Assembly (NCBI GenBank): GCA_964605505.1
Contig: CAZSDD010000001.1
Coordinates: forward strand, 32,840-96,839
Length of the DNA: 64,000 nt
From: an uncultured Gemmatimonadaceae bacterium
GTDB taxonomy: Bacteria; Gemmatimonadota; Gemmatimonadetes; Longimicrobiales; Gaopeijiaceae
Direction: 5' to 3'
Shown: positions 18,386-27,722 of the stretch, piece by piece
How positions within the stretch are numbered: the stretch's first letter is position 1
Layout of the letters: every line of letters begins with the position of its first letter
Made by a program: the position numbers and the translations under genes
Notes under the pieces: model-generated
The model's database searches: none
What the model saw: only the letters and a program-made list of their open reading frames with translations
What the model was told of the DNA's origin: nothing

Positions 18386-19840
18386 ATGACCCTCATGCGC
18401 TTGCCGCCGGCCGCCCTCTCTCCATTCAATTCGTCCCTTCCGGGCCCGGGTAGGGGTCTGGCCCTGGCTTCCGTCCTCCTCCTCGTTCTTCTGGCTACAG
18501 CCGGAGGGCAGGGAAGGCTCGGAGCCCAGGAACCCGTCATCGTTCCCCGGGATGCGGCCCCCCGCTTCCACCCGCTCCCACCCCTGAGGGAGCAGGCCAG
18601 GATCCAGCAGGAGTGGGCAGCCATGCGGGTCACCCGGGTCATTCCCATGCTCATGCGGGAGCACGGGGTGGACATGTGGATCCTCTCCATGCGGGAGTAC
18701 GGGGAGGATCCGGTGTTCTGGGGCATCAAGGCCCCCACCACCTTCGCCGCCCGCCGGCGGTCCATCTACGTCTTCCATGACCCGGGGCAGGGGCGGGAGA
18801 TGGAACGCCTGGCGCTGGGAGGGGGAAGCCAGGGGGGGATCTTCACGGCCTTCACCTCATCCCGTCCGGCAGACCCCACGGGGCAGCCGGAGCTGGTGGG
18901 GGACGAGCAGTGGAGCCTTCTCCGGGAGCTGGTGGAGGATCGGGATCCGAGGGTTGTCGCCGTGAACATCGACGAGGACTGGGCTTTTGCCGATGGGTTG
19001 GGAGCCGGGGAGTGGGAAGCCCTCCAGAGGGCCCTGGGGCCCGAGTACCTGGCCCGGGTCCGGCGGGTGCCCCGGCTGGCGGTGGAATTCATCGCCCACC
19101 GGCTCCCGGAGATGATGCCCATCTACAGGGAGCGGGAGGAGACGGTCCATGCCATCGTTTCCCACGCCTTCTCCAACGCCGTCATCACCCCCGGCGAGAC
19201 CACCACGGAAGATGTCCAGTGGTGGATCCGGGAGAAGATCCAGGAGCTGGGGATGACCACCTGGTTCCATCCCTCGGTGGACGTGCAGCGGGCCGGTGAC
19301 ATCCCGGAGGAAGGGCCGGTGGTCATCCGGCCCGGGGACGTTCTCTGGACAGACCTGGGGACGGTGGCCATGAACCTCCACACCGACACCCAGCACCTGG
19401 GCTACGTTCTGAAGGCCGGAGAGACGGGGGTGCCCCCGGGGCTTCGCCGGTGCATGGCCGCTTCCAATCGGATGCAGGACGTCCTGCTGGAGGAGATGGA
19501 GGTGGGGCGGACGGGGAACGAGATCCTGGCAGCGGCTCTGGCCCGGTTGGCGGAGGAGGGGATCGACGGCACCATCTACACCCATCCCATCGGGGACAAC
19601 GGCCACGGCTCCGGACCCCTCATCGGTCGATGGGACGCCCAGCAGGGTGTGCCGGTTCGGGGGGACATCCCCCTCCGGGCCTCCACGTGGCACTCCATCG
19701 AGCTCCAGGCCCGGGTCCCCATCCCCGAGTGGGGGGGGGAGGTGGCCAGCTGTCGGCAGGAGGAGGAGGCCTATGTGGACCAGGAGGGGGATCGGCACTG
19801 GGTCTACAAGCGGCAGACAGACTTCCATCTGGTCTGGTAG
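18386..19840 (+). CDS. secreted M24-family metallopeptidase (Xaa-Pro peptidase/creatinase fold)
   Basis: Signal-like N-terminus (LALASVLLLVLLATAGGQG). A creatinase-like N-domain is followed by a pita-bread C-domain (PGDVLWTDLG ... YTHPIGDNGHGSGPLIG ... WHSIELQ). The start is ATG 18386 or ATG 18395. Confidence 0.7.
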   Translation: MTLMRLPPAALSPFNSSLPGPGRGLALASVLLLVLLATAGGQGRLGAQEPVIVPRDAAPRFHPLPPLREQARIQQEWAAMRVTRVIPMLMREHGVDMWILSMREYGEDPVFWGIKAPTTFAARRRSIYVFHDPGQGREMERLALGGGSQGGIFTAFTSSRPADPTGQPELVGDEQWSLLRELVEDRDPRVVAVNIDEDWAFADGLGAGEWEALQRALGPEYLARVRRVPRLAVEFIAHRLPEMMPIYREREETVHAIVSHAFSNAVITPGETTTEDVQWWIREKIQELGMTTWFHPSVDVQRAGDIPEEGPVVIRPGDVLWTDLGTVAMNLHTDTQHLGYVLKAGETGVPPGLRRCMAASNRMQDVLLEEMEVGRTGNEILAAALARLAEEGIDGTIYTHPIGDNGHGSGPLIGRWDAQQGVPVRGDIPLRASTWHSIELQARVPIPEWGGEVASCRQEEEAYVDQEGDRHWVYKRQTDFHLVW

Positions 19841-19886
19841 GCAAGAATCTTCCGGTAGGCACGAATTTTCGAAGAGGGAGAGAACC

Positions 19887-22418
19887 ATGAGAAGTGGGGC
19901 TTTCACCGCCGGCCGACGCCGGTATCGGAGCGCGAGGAGCTTCTTCGCAGGTTCCCCAGGAACGCCATGGGGGGGCCTTACCCTCATCCTCCTCCTCTTC
20001 TCCGGACTCCTTCCGTCGGCGGCGGTTTCCGGGCCCCTGGAAGCCCAGGAGCGCCTTTCCCTTCCCGGCCTGGACCATCCGGTGGAGATCCTGGTGGACC
20101 GCTGGGGCATCTCCCATATCTATGCCGAGACGGAGCACGATCTCTTTTTCGCCCAGGGGTGGAACGCTGCCCGGGACCGGCTCTTCCAACTGGAGATCTG
20201 GAGGCGACAGGCCACGGGAACGGTGGCGGAGATCCTGGGACCCCGGGAGCTGGCACGGGACGTGGGGGCCCGGCTCTTCCGATTTCGGGGTGACCTGGAG
20301 CAGGAGCTCCGGCACTACCATCCCCGGGGGGTGGAGATCATCCAGGCCTTCGTGGACGGCATCAACGCCTATGTGGCGGCGGCCCTGGAAGATCCGGACC
20401 TCCTTTCGGTGGAGTTCAGGATGCTGGGGATCCAGCCAGGGTACTGGACGCCGGAGGTGGTCATCTCCAGACATCAGGGTCTCCTCTCCAACGTCCGGTC
20501 CGAGCTTGGGTACGGGAGGGCCGTGGCGGTGGCCGGTCCGGAAGCGGTGAAGGATGTGGCGGCATTTCAGCCCCGGGACCCGGAACTGGCCCTGGACCCG
20601 GCCCTGGACAAGGATCACCTCCTGGAGCACGACGTTCTGGCTCTCTACTCCGCCTTTCGGGGTTCCATCCGATTCCAGCCGGAGGATGTGCTTCCCGAAT
20701 TCCGGGAAGAAGCCGGGACCGAGGTCGGGGAGCTTCCGAGAGGGTCTCCGGATTCGCCGGGGTGGGTCGACTCGGGGCGGGGGCCCGCGGTTTCGTTTCG
20801 TGACATCGGGAGCAACAACTGGATTGTTTCGGGACGGCGATCCGCCAGCGGGTTCCCCATCATGGCCAACGATCCCCACAGGGCCCAGGCCGCCCCGTCC
20901 CTCCGGTACTGGGTTCACCTGGTAGGGCCCGGGTGGAACGTCATCGGCGGTGGGGAGCCGGTCCTTCCCGGAGTGTCCATCGGCCACAACGAGCACGGGG
21001 CCTGGGGCCTCACGGTTTTCGCAACCGACACCGAGGATCTCTACGTCTACGAGTTGAGTTCCCGGGATGCGGACCTCTATCGATACAGAGGCAGCTGGGA
21101 GCGGATGACGGTGATCTCCGACACGATCCCCGTCCGGGGCCGGGACCCGGAGGTGGTGGAACATCGCTATACCCGCCATGGCCCGGTGGTCTACCGGGAC
21201 GAGGAGGCCGGCATCGCCTACGCCGTCCGGGCGGCCTGGATGGAGGTGGGGGGAGCCCCCTACCTGGCTTCCCTTCGAATGGATCAGGCCACGAGCTGGG
21301 AGGAATTCCGGGATGCCTGTACCTATTCCAATATCCCCGGGGAGAACATGATCTGGGGGGACCGTACCGGGACCACGGGGTGGCAGGCCGTGGGGATCGC
21401 GCCCATCCGCCGGAACTGGAGCGGCCTGGTGCCGGTGCCGGGAGACGGCCGTTATGAGTGGGATGGCTACCTGCCCATCCAGGCCAAGCCCCATCTGGTG
21501 AATCCCCCGGAAGGGTACTTTGCCACGGCCAACAACTACCTCGTTCCACCGGACTATCCCTTTCCCGATGCCGTGGGCTTCGAGTGGTCCGATCCCTACA
21601 GGTGGCTCCGGGCGGTGGAGGTCCTGGCCGGAGGCCGCCGCTTCACCCTGCAGGACATGATGGCACTCCAGACCGACGAGCTCTCCATTCCGGCCCGGAC
21701 CCTGGTGCCCCTCCTGGCGGAGCTTTCGGCGGGGAGCCCGGCCGTGGAGTCGGCCAGGCTGCGTCTGGTGGGCTGGGATCATGTTCTGGACCGGGGGTCC
21801 GTGGCCGCCGGTATCTACGTCGCCTGGGAGGGCCATCTCAGAAGCCGGGTTCGGAGCCTGATGATGCCGGAGGCCCTCCGACCTCACCTGGGCTCCGTGT
21901 CCATGAGACAGATGCTGGAATGGATCCTCCTGCCCGACGGGAATTTCGGGGACGATCCGGTGGCGGGACGGGACGCGTTCCTCCTTTCGGCCCTGGATGC
22001 GGCGGTGGAGGAGCTCTCGGAACGATTCGGCCGGGACCAGGAAGCCTGGGTCTACGGCCAGGAGGCCTACAAGCACATCCGCCTCCGGCATCCCCTGAGC
22101 CGGGCCGTGAGTGCCGAGTGGCGGGATCGGCTGGAGGTGGGGCCGGCCCCGCGGGGAGGGAACTCCTATACGTTGAACCAGACCGGAGGGGGTGACAACC
22201 AGACCTCCGGAGCCTCCTTCCGCATCATCGTGGACACGGAGGACTGGGATCGCACGGTAGGAATGAACAATCCGGGCCAGGGAGGCCATCCGGACCACCC
22301 CCATTATGAGGACCTCTTCCGGCTCTGGGCCCGGGACGGGTTCCACCCCGTCTTCTACACCCGGGAAAAGGTGGAGTCGGTAACGGGGGAGCGGATTCGC
22401 CTGGAGCCAAAGAGGTAG
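19887..22418 (+). CDS. penicillin acylase family Ntn-hydrolase (peptidase S45; AHL/penicillin/PvdQ-type acylase)
   Basis: Signal peptide, then VEILVDRWGISHIYAETEHDLFFAQGWNAARDRLFQLE. The self-processing site is GSNNWIVSGRRSASGFPIMANDPH. The start was moved to ATG 19887; the upstream part of the 923-aa ORF overlaps the M24 gene. Confidence 0.88.
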   Translation: MRSGAFTAGRRRYRSARSFFAGSPGTPWGGLTLILLLFSGLLPSAAVSGPLEAQERLSLPGLDHPVEILVDRWGISHIYAETEHDLFFAQGWNAARDRLFQLEIWRRQATGTVAEILGPRELARDVGARLFRFRGDLEQELRHYHPRGVEIIQAFVDGINAYVAAALEDPDLLSVEFRMLGIQPGYWTPEVVISRHQGLLSNVRSELGYGRAVAVAGPEAVKDVAAFQPRDPELALDPALDKDHLLEHDVLALYSAFRGSIRFQPEDVLPEFREEAGTEVGELPRGSPDSPGWVDSGRGPAVSFRDIGSNNWIVSGRRSASGFPIMANDPHRAQAAPSLRYWVHLVGPGWNVIGGGEPVLPGVSIGHNEHGAWGLTVFATDTEDLYVYELSSRDADLYRYRGSWERMTVISDTIPVRGRDPEVVEHRYTRHGPVVYRDEEAGIAYAVRAAWMEVGGAPYLASLRMDQATSWEEFRDACTYSNIPGENMIWGDRTGTTGWQAVGIAPIRRNWSGLVPVPGDGRYEWDGYLPIQAKPHLVNPPEGYFATANNYLVPPDYPFPDAVGFEWSDPYRWLRAVEVLAGGRRFTLQDMMALQTDELSIPARTLVPLLAELSAGSPAVESARLRLVGWDHVLDRGSVAAGIYVAWEGHLRSRVRSLMMPEALRPHLGSVSMRQMLEWILLPDGNFGDDPVAGRDAFLLSALDAAVEELSERFGRDQEAWVYGQEAYKHIRLRHPLSRAVSAEWRDRLEVGPAPRGGNSYTLNQTGGGDNQTSGASFRIIVDTEDWDRTVGMNNPGQGGHPDHPHYEDLFRLWARDGFHPVFYTREKVESVTGERIRLEPKR

Positions 22419-22455
22419 AACCGATCGGACCGAAGATCACACGGGAGACCAGGGC

Positions 22456-22923
22456 ATGGCGAAGCGTTACTGGCTCATGAAGAGCGAAGAAGACGTCTAT
22501 TCCATCCGGGACCTGGAGAGGGAGGGCACGACCCACTGGGAGGGGGTGCGCAACTATGAGGCCCGGAACATCATGCGGGACCAGATGAAGGAGGGTGACG
22601 GGGTCCTCTTCTACCACAGCAATGCCAATCCTCCCGGCGTGGCCGGGCTGGCCAGGGTGGCTCGGAGCGCCTATCCGGACCACTTCGCCTTCCATGAACA
22701 GAGCCGGTACCACGACCCGAAGTCAGACCCGGAGAACCCCCGGTGGTATATGGTGGATGTGGAGTTCGTGGAGGCGTTTCCCCAGGTGGTGAGCCTGGCG
22801 GAGATCAAAGAGACCCCGGAACTGGGAGAGATGACCCTGGTGAAGCGGGCCCGCCTTTCCGTCCAACCTGTGGAAAAGAAGGAGTTCGAGCTCATCATGA
22901 AGATGGGCCGGAAGGGTAGATGA
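22456..22923 (+). CDS. EVE (PUA-like, THYN1/DUF55) domain protein
   Basis: MAKRYWLMKSEEDVYSIRDLEREGTTHWEGVRNYEARNIMRDQMKEGDGVLFYHSN ... VAGLARV ... is the canonical EVE-domain pattern. Confidence 0.85.
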   Translation: MAKRYWLMKSEEDVYSIRDLEREGTTHWEGVRNYEARNIMRDQMKEGDGVLFYHSNANPPGVAGLARVARSAYPDHFAFHEQSRYHDPKSDPENPRWYMVDVEFVEAFPQVVSLAEIKETPELGEMTLVKRARLSVQPVEKKEFELIMKMGRKGR

Positions 22924-22930
22924 GCCGGGA

Positions 22931-24010
22931 TCAGGCCGCCGGTCCGTGGGCTTTCATCCATTCCTCCGGGGGGAGCGTCCGGCGCAGCTCTTCCTGTCTG
23001 AGTCGGAACCAGCGGGCCACCAGAAGGATTTCCGAGGCGGCCTCCGGGGTGAGGGTCCCTGCATGAACCGGGGGTCGGGTGTAGACCTCCTCGACCTTCT
23101 GTCGGGCTCTTTCCCTGTTCTTCCTCCCCCGCGGGTGGGAGATCTCTTCTTCGACCAGCCCCTTCCGGATAAGGTAGATCCGGTCGTCTCCCTTGAAGCC
23201 GGGGACCCTGTACACGAAGGAGAGCCCCTCCACCCGACCCCGGAATCCCACCAGCTCCCTCTGGAGTGATTCCAGACGGGCGAGACGGTCCCGCACCATG
23301 GCCGCGTACTCGTACTCCAGGACTGCCGCCGCCCGGTCCATCTCTTCGCGGAGAAGGCGGAGGGGGGTCTTGCTCCTCCCCTCCAGGAACCGTCGGGCCA
23401 TTTCGATCCGCCCCCGGTACGCGTGGGTGTCACATCCTCCGCAGCAGGGGCCCAGACAGCTGCCGGTCTCGGCTCTGAGGCACCGGGGTGTGAGGCCCTG
23501 CTTGAAGATTTCCAGCTGGTCACCGAATACCATGGGAACGGCTGCGGCGCAGTCCCGGAGTTCCAGGATGTGGGTCAGCTCCCGGAGGGTCAGGGCAAGG
23601 AACCGGGGTCTGGGGAAGGGGCCGTAGTAGGTGCCGCCATCGGGGAGGACCCGGGTGACGGGAACGACCCTGGGGGCCGGCTCCCGGGTGACCTTGATGA
23701 AGGCAAAGCTCCGTTTTCGCTTGTGCTCCACGTTGTAGCGGGGCCGCCACCGCTTGATGAGGCGCATCTCCCGAAGCAGGGCCGAGAACTCGTTGGGCAC
23801 GTACTCCCAGGTGATTTCCCGGCTGTCCCGGACGAGTTTCCCAGGTTTCTCTCCCGGCCGGGCCCGGAAATAGGAGAGGAGCCGGGTACGGACCCGGACG
23901 GACTTGCCCACGTAGAGGAGCTCGCCCTCCGGCCCCAGCATCCGATAGACACCGGGCCGATCCTCGGCGTACTGCCGCACGTGATCTTTCAGGGCGGAGC
24001 TGCGGATCAA
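22931..24010 (-). CDS. GIY-YIG nuclease, UvrC N-terminal-half homologue (Cho-like), lacking the UvrC C-terminal endonuclease/HhH part
   Basis: GIY-YIG module (PGVYRMLGPEGELLYVGKSVRVRTRLLSYF ... EMRLIKRWRPRYN), a Cys-rich segment (CLRAETGSCLGPCCGGC) and a UVR-like helix pair (LEYEYAAMVRDRLARLESL). At 359 aa it is too short for full-length UvrC. Confidence 0.72.
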   Translation of the reverse strand: MIRSSALKDHVRQYAEDRPGVYRMLGPEGELLYVGKSVRVRTRLLSYFRARPGEKPGKLVRDSREITWEYVPNEFSALLREMRLIKRWRPRYNVEHKRKRSFAFIKVTREPAPRVVPVTRVLPDGGTYYGPFPRPRFLALTLRELTHILELRDCAAAVPMVFGDQLEIFKQGLTPRCLRAETGSCLGPCCGGCDTHAYRGRIEMARRFLEGRSKTPLRLLREEMDRAAAVLEYEYAAMVRDRLARLESLQRELVGFRGRVEGLSFVYRVPGFKGDDRIYLIRKGLVEEEISHPRGRKNRERARQKVEEVYTRPPVHAGTLTPEAASEILLVARWFRLRQEELRRTLPPEEWMKAHGPAA

Positions 24011-24221
24011 GGCCTTCCTCGGGATCCCGGGAGATTTGAGGAGTCTCCGCGCTCTACCCGTGCGGAAGCTCCAGGGCGCATTCGCCTTTCCTTCGGGTCA
24101 AGATAGGGAAAGGACGACCCGCGATGCCAGTGCCCTCTTTCGGCCGGCCCTCCTCCGGTTTCTCTTTCTGACTGCCCACCCTTCCATTGCTCCGCCCCAC
24201 TCCCTGGGCTACTCTCCCGGC

Positions 24222-25547
24222 ATGCCTGAGCCATCCCGTTTCCGCGTCATCCGGGATCCTCTCTGGAACACCATCCGGTTGGATCCTACGGCCGTCCGTA
24301 TCGTGGACACTTCGGCCTTCCAGCGCCTCCGCTACATACGGCAGCTGGGCCTCGCCCACCTGGTGTATCCCGGGGCCACACACACTCGTTTCGATCATGC
24401 CCTGGGAGTCTACCATCTGGCCAAGACGGCTCTCCGATTCCTGAAAGAGCGCCGATCCGTTCCCCCGGAGATCTGGGAGGGAGAGGAGCTCATCCCCTAC
24501 GCCGCCCTCCTCCACGATATCGGGCACTATGCCTTTTCCCACGCGCTGGAAGAGCTGGAGGCGAATCAGCTTCCCGGGGATCACGAGGCTGTGAGCGCCC
24601 ATTTCTTCGAGTCGCCGGAGTTGAAGCACGCCCTGGAAGAGCTCGGGGCCGGGGCCGCGGATCGGATCTACCGCATGATCCGAGGGGTGGACCCCCTGCC
24701 TCTGAGGGGCCTGGTGAGCGGCAGCCTGGATCTGGACAAGATGGAGTATCTCCGGCGGGACGCCCGTTTCTGCGGCGTGCCCTACGGAGAAGTGGACGTG
24801 GACCGCCTCCTTCAGGGGATGGTCCTCCTGGAAGATCCCCGGACCGGGCGTTATGAGGTGGGGGTCCACGAGAAGGCCGTGGCGTCCCTGGAGTCCCTCC
24901 TCTTCGCCAAGTACCAGATGTTCAGAAACGTTTACTGGCACCATGGCGTCCGGGCCGCCACCGCCCTCTACAAACGGATCGTGGAGGAAGCCGTGCGTTT
25001 GGCCCTGGTGACGCCGGAAGAACTTGTGGGACCTACCGACGAGGAGATGCTCCACGTGGTCGGCCGACGGGTCGAGACCATGGAATCCCGGGCCGCCGTC
25101 CGCCTCCGGGAGCGATGGCTCCCCGACCTCCGAAACCGGCGACTGCCCAAGCGGGCCCTGGAGATGACGGCCGCGGATCTCGCTCACGTCTCCATTCCAG
25201 CCTGGATGGGGCAGGACTCTCCTCGGAAGAGGGAGCTGGAAGACGGCATCGCGGCGAGCCTTGGACTGGATCCGGGAGAGGTGGTGGTGGACTATCCGGC
25301 GAAAGCCGGCATGTTCCAGCTGAACATCCTTCTGGAGCGGAGAAACGGGGAGGTGGCCCGGGTGGGTGCCGGTGGATTGCCGGGTGTCATCGACCTTCCC
25401 CGGGTCACGTCCGAGCTTTATCGAACTGCCCGGGTGCTCCGGATCTTCTCCTTTCGCCGTCGCCGGATGGAACCAGAAGCCTTCCTGGAACTTATCAATA
25501 CATGGGAGGAAGGTGGCCAGGAACCTTCTCCGGGGACAGGGGTGTAA
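24222..25547 (+). CDS. HD-domain phosphohydrolase, SAMHD1/EF1143-type dNTP triphosphohydrolase-like
   Basis: IRDPLWNTIRLD ... FQRLRYIRQLGLAHLVYPGATHTRFDHALGVYHLA ... LLHDIGHYAFSHALE ... DLDKMEYLRRDARFCGVPYG. The start was set at ATG 24222 (MPEPSRFRVI). Confidence 0.8.
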   Translation: MPEPSRFRVIRDPLWNTIRLDPTAVRIVDTSAFQRLRYIRQLGLAHLVYPGATHTRFDHALGVYHLAKTALRFLKERRSVPPEIWEGEELIPYAALLHDIGHYAFSHALEELEANQLPGDHEAVSAHFFESPELKHALEELGAGAADRIYRMIRGVDPLPLRGLVSGSLDLDKMEYLRRDARFCGVPYGEVDVDRLLQGMVLLEDPRTGRYEVGVHEKAVASLESLLFAKYQMFRNVYWHHGVRAATALYKRIVEEAVRLALVTPEELVGPTDEEMLHVVGRRVETMESRAAVRLRERWLPDLRNRRLPKRALEMTAADLAHVSIPAWMGQDSPRKRELEDGIAASLGLDPGEVVVDYPAKAGMFQLNILLERRNGEVARVGAGGLPGVIDLPRVTSELYRTARVLRIFSFRRRRMEPEAFLELINTWEEGGQEPSPGTGV

Positions 25548-25563
25548 CAGAGTCGGAAAAGGC

Positions 25564-25592
25564 TGGACACGAGTTTATCACTATGATAGCAT
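25564..25592 (+). promoter_or_regulatory. candidate sigma-70-type promoter for the second sigma gene (TGGACA-N17-TAGCAT)
   Basis: Read directly; about 150 nt upstream of the ATG at 25742. Confidence 0.3.
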
Positions 25593-25741
25593 GAAGGGCT
25601 CATCACCCTGCGGTTGGTCACAGGAGCCGCATCCAACGCCTTTTCGCCCGCCGCCGCTTCTGGTTGGTGGGCCTGTGGTTCGAGCAGGGACCAAAAGAGT
25701 TTTCGAGGGTACGCCCCGGCAGACCCTCTTGGGAGATATTA

Positions 25742-26647
25742 ATGAGCACGGCAGCCACGGATACAAATCGGAAGCGTAAGGGCCGCAAGAATCCTCTTGC
25801 GGGGTTCTCCGCCACCGTGGAGGAGCAATCAGCTCTGGATCAGTACCTCCGGGACGTGAGCCGACACGAGCTCATCTCACCGGACCGGGAGAAGGAGCTG
25901 GGGGCCCTGGCCCAGAAGGGTGACGAGGACGCCGTCCAGGAGCTGGCCAGAGCGAACCTCCGCTTCGTCATCAGTGTGGCCAAGAAGTACCAGAACCGCG
26001 GCGTGTCCCTCACGGATCTGATCCAGGAGGGGAATGTGGGACTGGTGACGGCCGCCCGGAAGTTCGATCCGGACCAGGGTGTGAAGTTCATCAGTTACGC
26101 CGTCTGGTGGATCCGCCAGGCGATTCTGGCCTCACTGGCCAATCAGGGCCGTGCCGTCCGGGTGCCTCTGAACCGGGCCTCGGACCTGGCCAGGATCTTC
26201 CGGGAGAAGGAGCGTCTGAAGCAGGAGCTCCGCCGGGAGCCTACCGCCGAGGAACTCAGCGCCGCCACGGATCTGACGCCGGAGTTGGTGGAGTCCCTTC
26301 AGACGCTGAACGCTGCCGAAATCCGGTTGGACGCCCCCATCGGGGACAGCGAGGACTCCCAGCTGGTGGAGCGTTTCATCACCGAGGAGGCCGCCGAGCC
26401 GGAGGTGGAGGTGGAAGGCCGCCTCCTCAGCGAGGCCATCAGCGAGGCCCTGGAAACCCTGGAGGCCCGGGATGCCAAGGTGCTTCGACTCTATTTCGGG
26501 CTCGAGGGAGAGCGTGAGCACACCCTGGAGGAGATCGGGAACATGTTGGGCGTGACCCGGGAGCGGATTCGACAGCTTCGGGACCGTGCCCTGCGACGCC
26601 TCCGGGAGGGTGACAAGGGGATCGCCCTGGAGTCTTTCGCCGCCTGA
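25742..26647 (+). CDS. RNA polymerase sigma-70 family factor, short primary-like; paralogue of the 5676-6536 gene
   Basis: LARANLRFVISVAKKYQNRG, KFISYAVWWIRQAI, LEARDAKVLRLYFGL, TLEEIGNMLGVTRERIRQLRDRALRRLR. ATG 25742 (MSTAATD). Confidence 0.9.
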   Translation: MSTAATDTNRKRKGRKNPLAGFSATVEEQSALDQYLRDVSRHELISPDREKELGALAQKGDEDAVQELARANLRFVISVAKKYQNRGVSLTDLIQEGNVGLVTAARKFDPDQGVKFISYAVWWIRQAILASLANQGRAVRVPLNRASDLARIFREKERLKQELRREPTAEELSAATDLTPELVESLQTLNAAEIRLDAPIGDSEDSQLVERFITEEAAEPEVEVEGRLLSEAISEALETLEARDAKVLRLYFGLEGEREHTLEEIGNMLGVTRERIRQLRDRALRRLREGDKGIALESFAA

Positions 26648-26686
26648 TGCTCAAGGCGTCGCCGCCCCGTCGGCGGTGGAATCCGA

Positions 26687-26740
26687 CCGCCTTCCGCGGA
26701 CCCCGGAACCTGAGGGGTGCGGAGGGCGGTCTTCTTTTTT
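26687..26740 (+). terminator. intrinsic terminator after the sigma gene
   Basis: 11-bp stem CCGCCTTCCGC/GCGGAGGGCGG (one G-T pair), followed by TCTTCTTTTTT. Confidence 0.7.
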
Positions 26741-26753
26741 CCCGGGACATGGG

Positions 26754-27716
26754 GTGACCGTGGAAAGGGGGCTGGTCCACGGAAGCGAAGGGGGTGTCTA
26801 CCAGGTCGTCCTGGATTCGGGGGAGCAGGTGGATGCCTCTCTTCGGGGGCGCGTCAAGCGGGAAGCCCGGGTCGGTGACCGGGTCGTCATCGGGGACTCG
26901 GTGGACGTTCGCCGGGATGCTGACGGCTCGGTGACCATCGAGGCCGTTCACCCCCGCCGCACCCAGGTCATCCGAAGAGGGCCGGGGGGGCGTCGAGCCA
27001 AGGTGGTTGCTGCCAATGTGGACCGCCTGGTGGCGGTGGTGGCGGCCCGTAGACCTGCTCCCAGGCAGGCCCTCATCGATCGCCTTCTGGTGGTGGGAGA
27101 GGTCAATCGCCTGGAAATCGTCCTGGTGGTGAACAAACAGGATCTCCTGGCCGGGGCCGAAGGAGGGGAGGGGGCCGGAGAGAAGGGTGCAGAGGAGCTC
27201 CGGGCGCTGGTGGAGCTATACCGGGACCTGGGATACCCGGTCCTGGAAACCAGCGCCAGGGACGGTCGGGGGATGGAATCCCTGCGGGGATTCCTCTGCC
27301 GGGGGATCTCGGCACTGGTGGGGCCTTCCGGCGCGGGAAAGTCCACCCTGTTGAACGCGATACAACCCGGCCTCTCCCTGAGAACCGGGGGAGTGAGCCT
27401 GAAAGCGGGCCGGGGTCGTCACACCACCGTGAGCGCCCGGCTCCTCACCCTGGCATGCGGCGGAGTGGTGGCGGACACCCCCGGCTTTTCAGATGTAGGG
27501 GTGTGGGGGGTTGAGGCCAGGGAGCTGGAGGGGTGCTTCCCCGAGTTTTCCCTCTACCGCGAAGGGTGTCGTTTCCGGGGATGCACCCACCTCCACGAGC
27601 CGGGGTGCCGGGTCCGGGGCGCGCTGGAAGAAGGGGTGATAGATCCGGGGCGCTACGAGAGCTACCGGATCCTCTTCCAGGAAGCCCAGGAAGCGGACCG
27701 GCGCCTCTTCAGGTGA
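26754..27716 (+). CDS. rsgA: ribosome small-subunit-dependent GTPase A
   Basis: OB N-terminus, circularly permuted GTPase (VVNKQDLL ... GPSGAGKSTLLNAI ... GRGRHTT ... DTPGF) and a zinc knuckle (CRFRGCTHLHEPGC). A GTG start at 26754 or 26760 was inferred; the ORF-track start at 26586 overlaps the sigma gene. Confidence 0.88.
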   Translation: MTVERGLVHGSEGGVYQVVLDSGEQVDASLRGRVKREARVGDRVVIGDSVDVRRDADGSVTIEAVHPRRTQVIRRGPGGRRAKVVAANVDRLVAVVAARRPAPRQALIDRLLVVGEVNRLEIVLVVNKQDLLAGAEGGEGAGEKGAEELRALVELYRDLGYPVLETSARDGRGMESLRGFLCRGISALVGPSGAGKSTLLNAIQPGLSLRTGGVSLKAGRGRHTTVSARLLTLACGGVVADTPGFSDVGVWGVEARELEGCFPEFSLYREGCRFRGCTHLHEPGCRVRGALEEGVIDPGRYESYRILFQEAQEADRRLFR

Positions 27717-27722
27717 CCCTCC

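Noticed and set aside
19620-22346. 908-aa ORF antisense to the S45 acylase gene.
   Set aside because: Shadow ORF. The plus-strand product aligns along its length with the penicillin acylase family.
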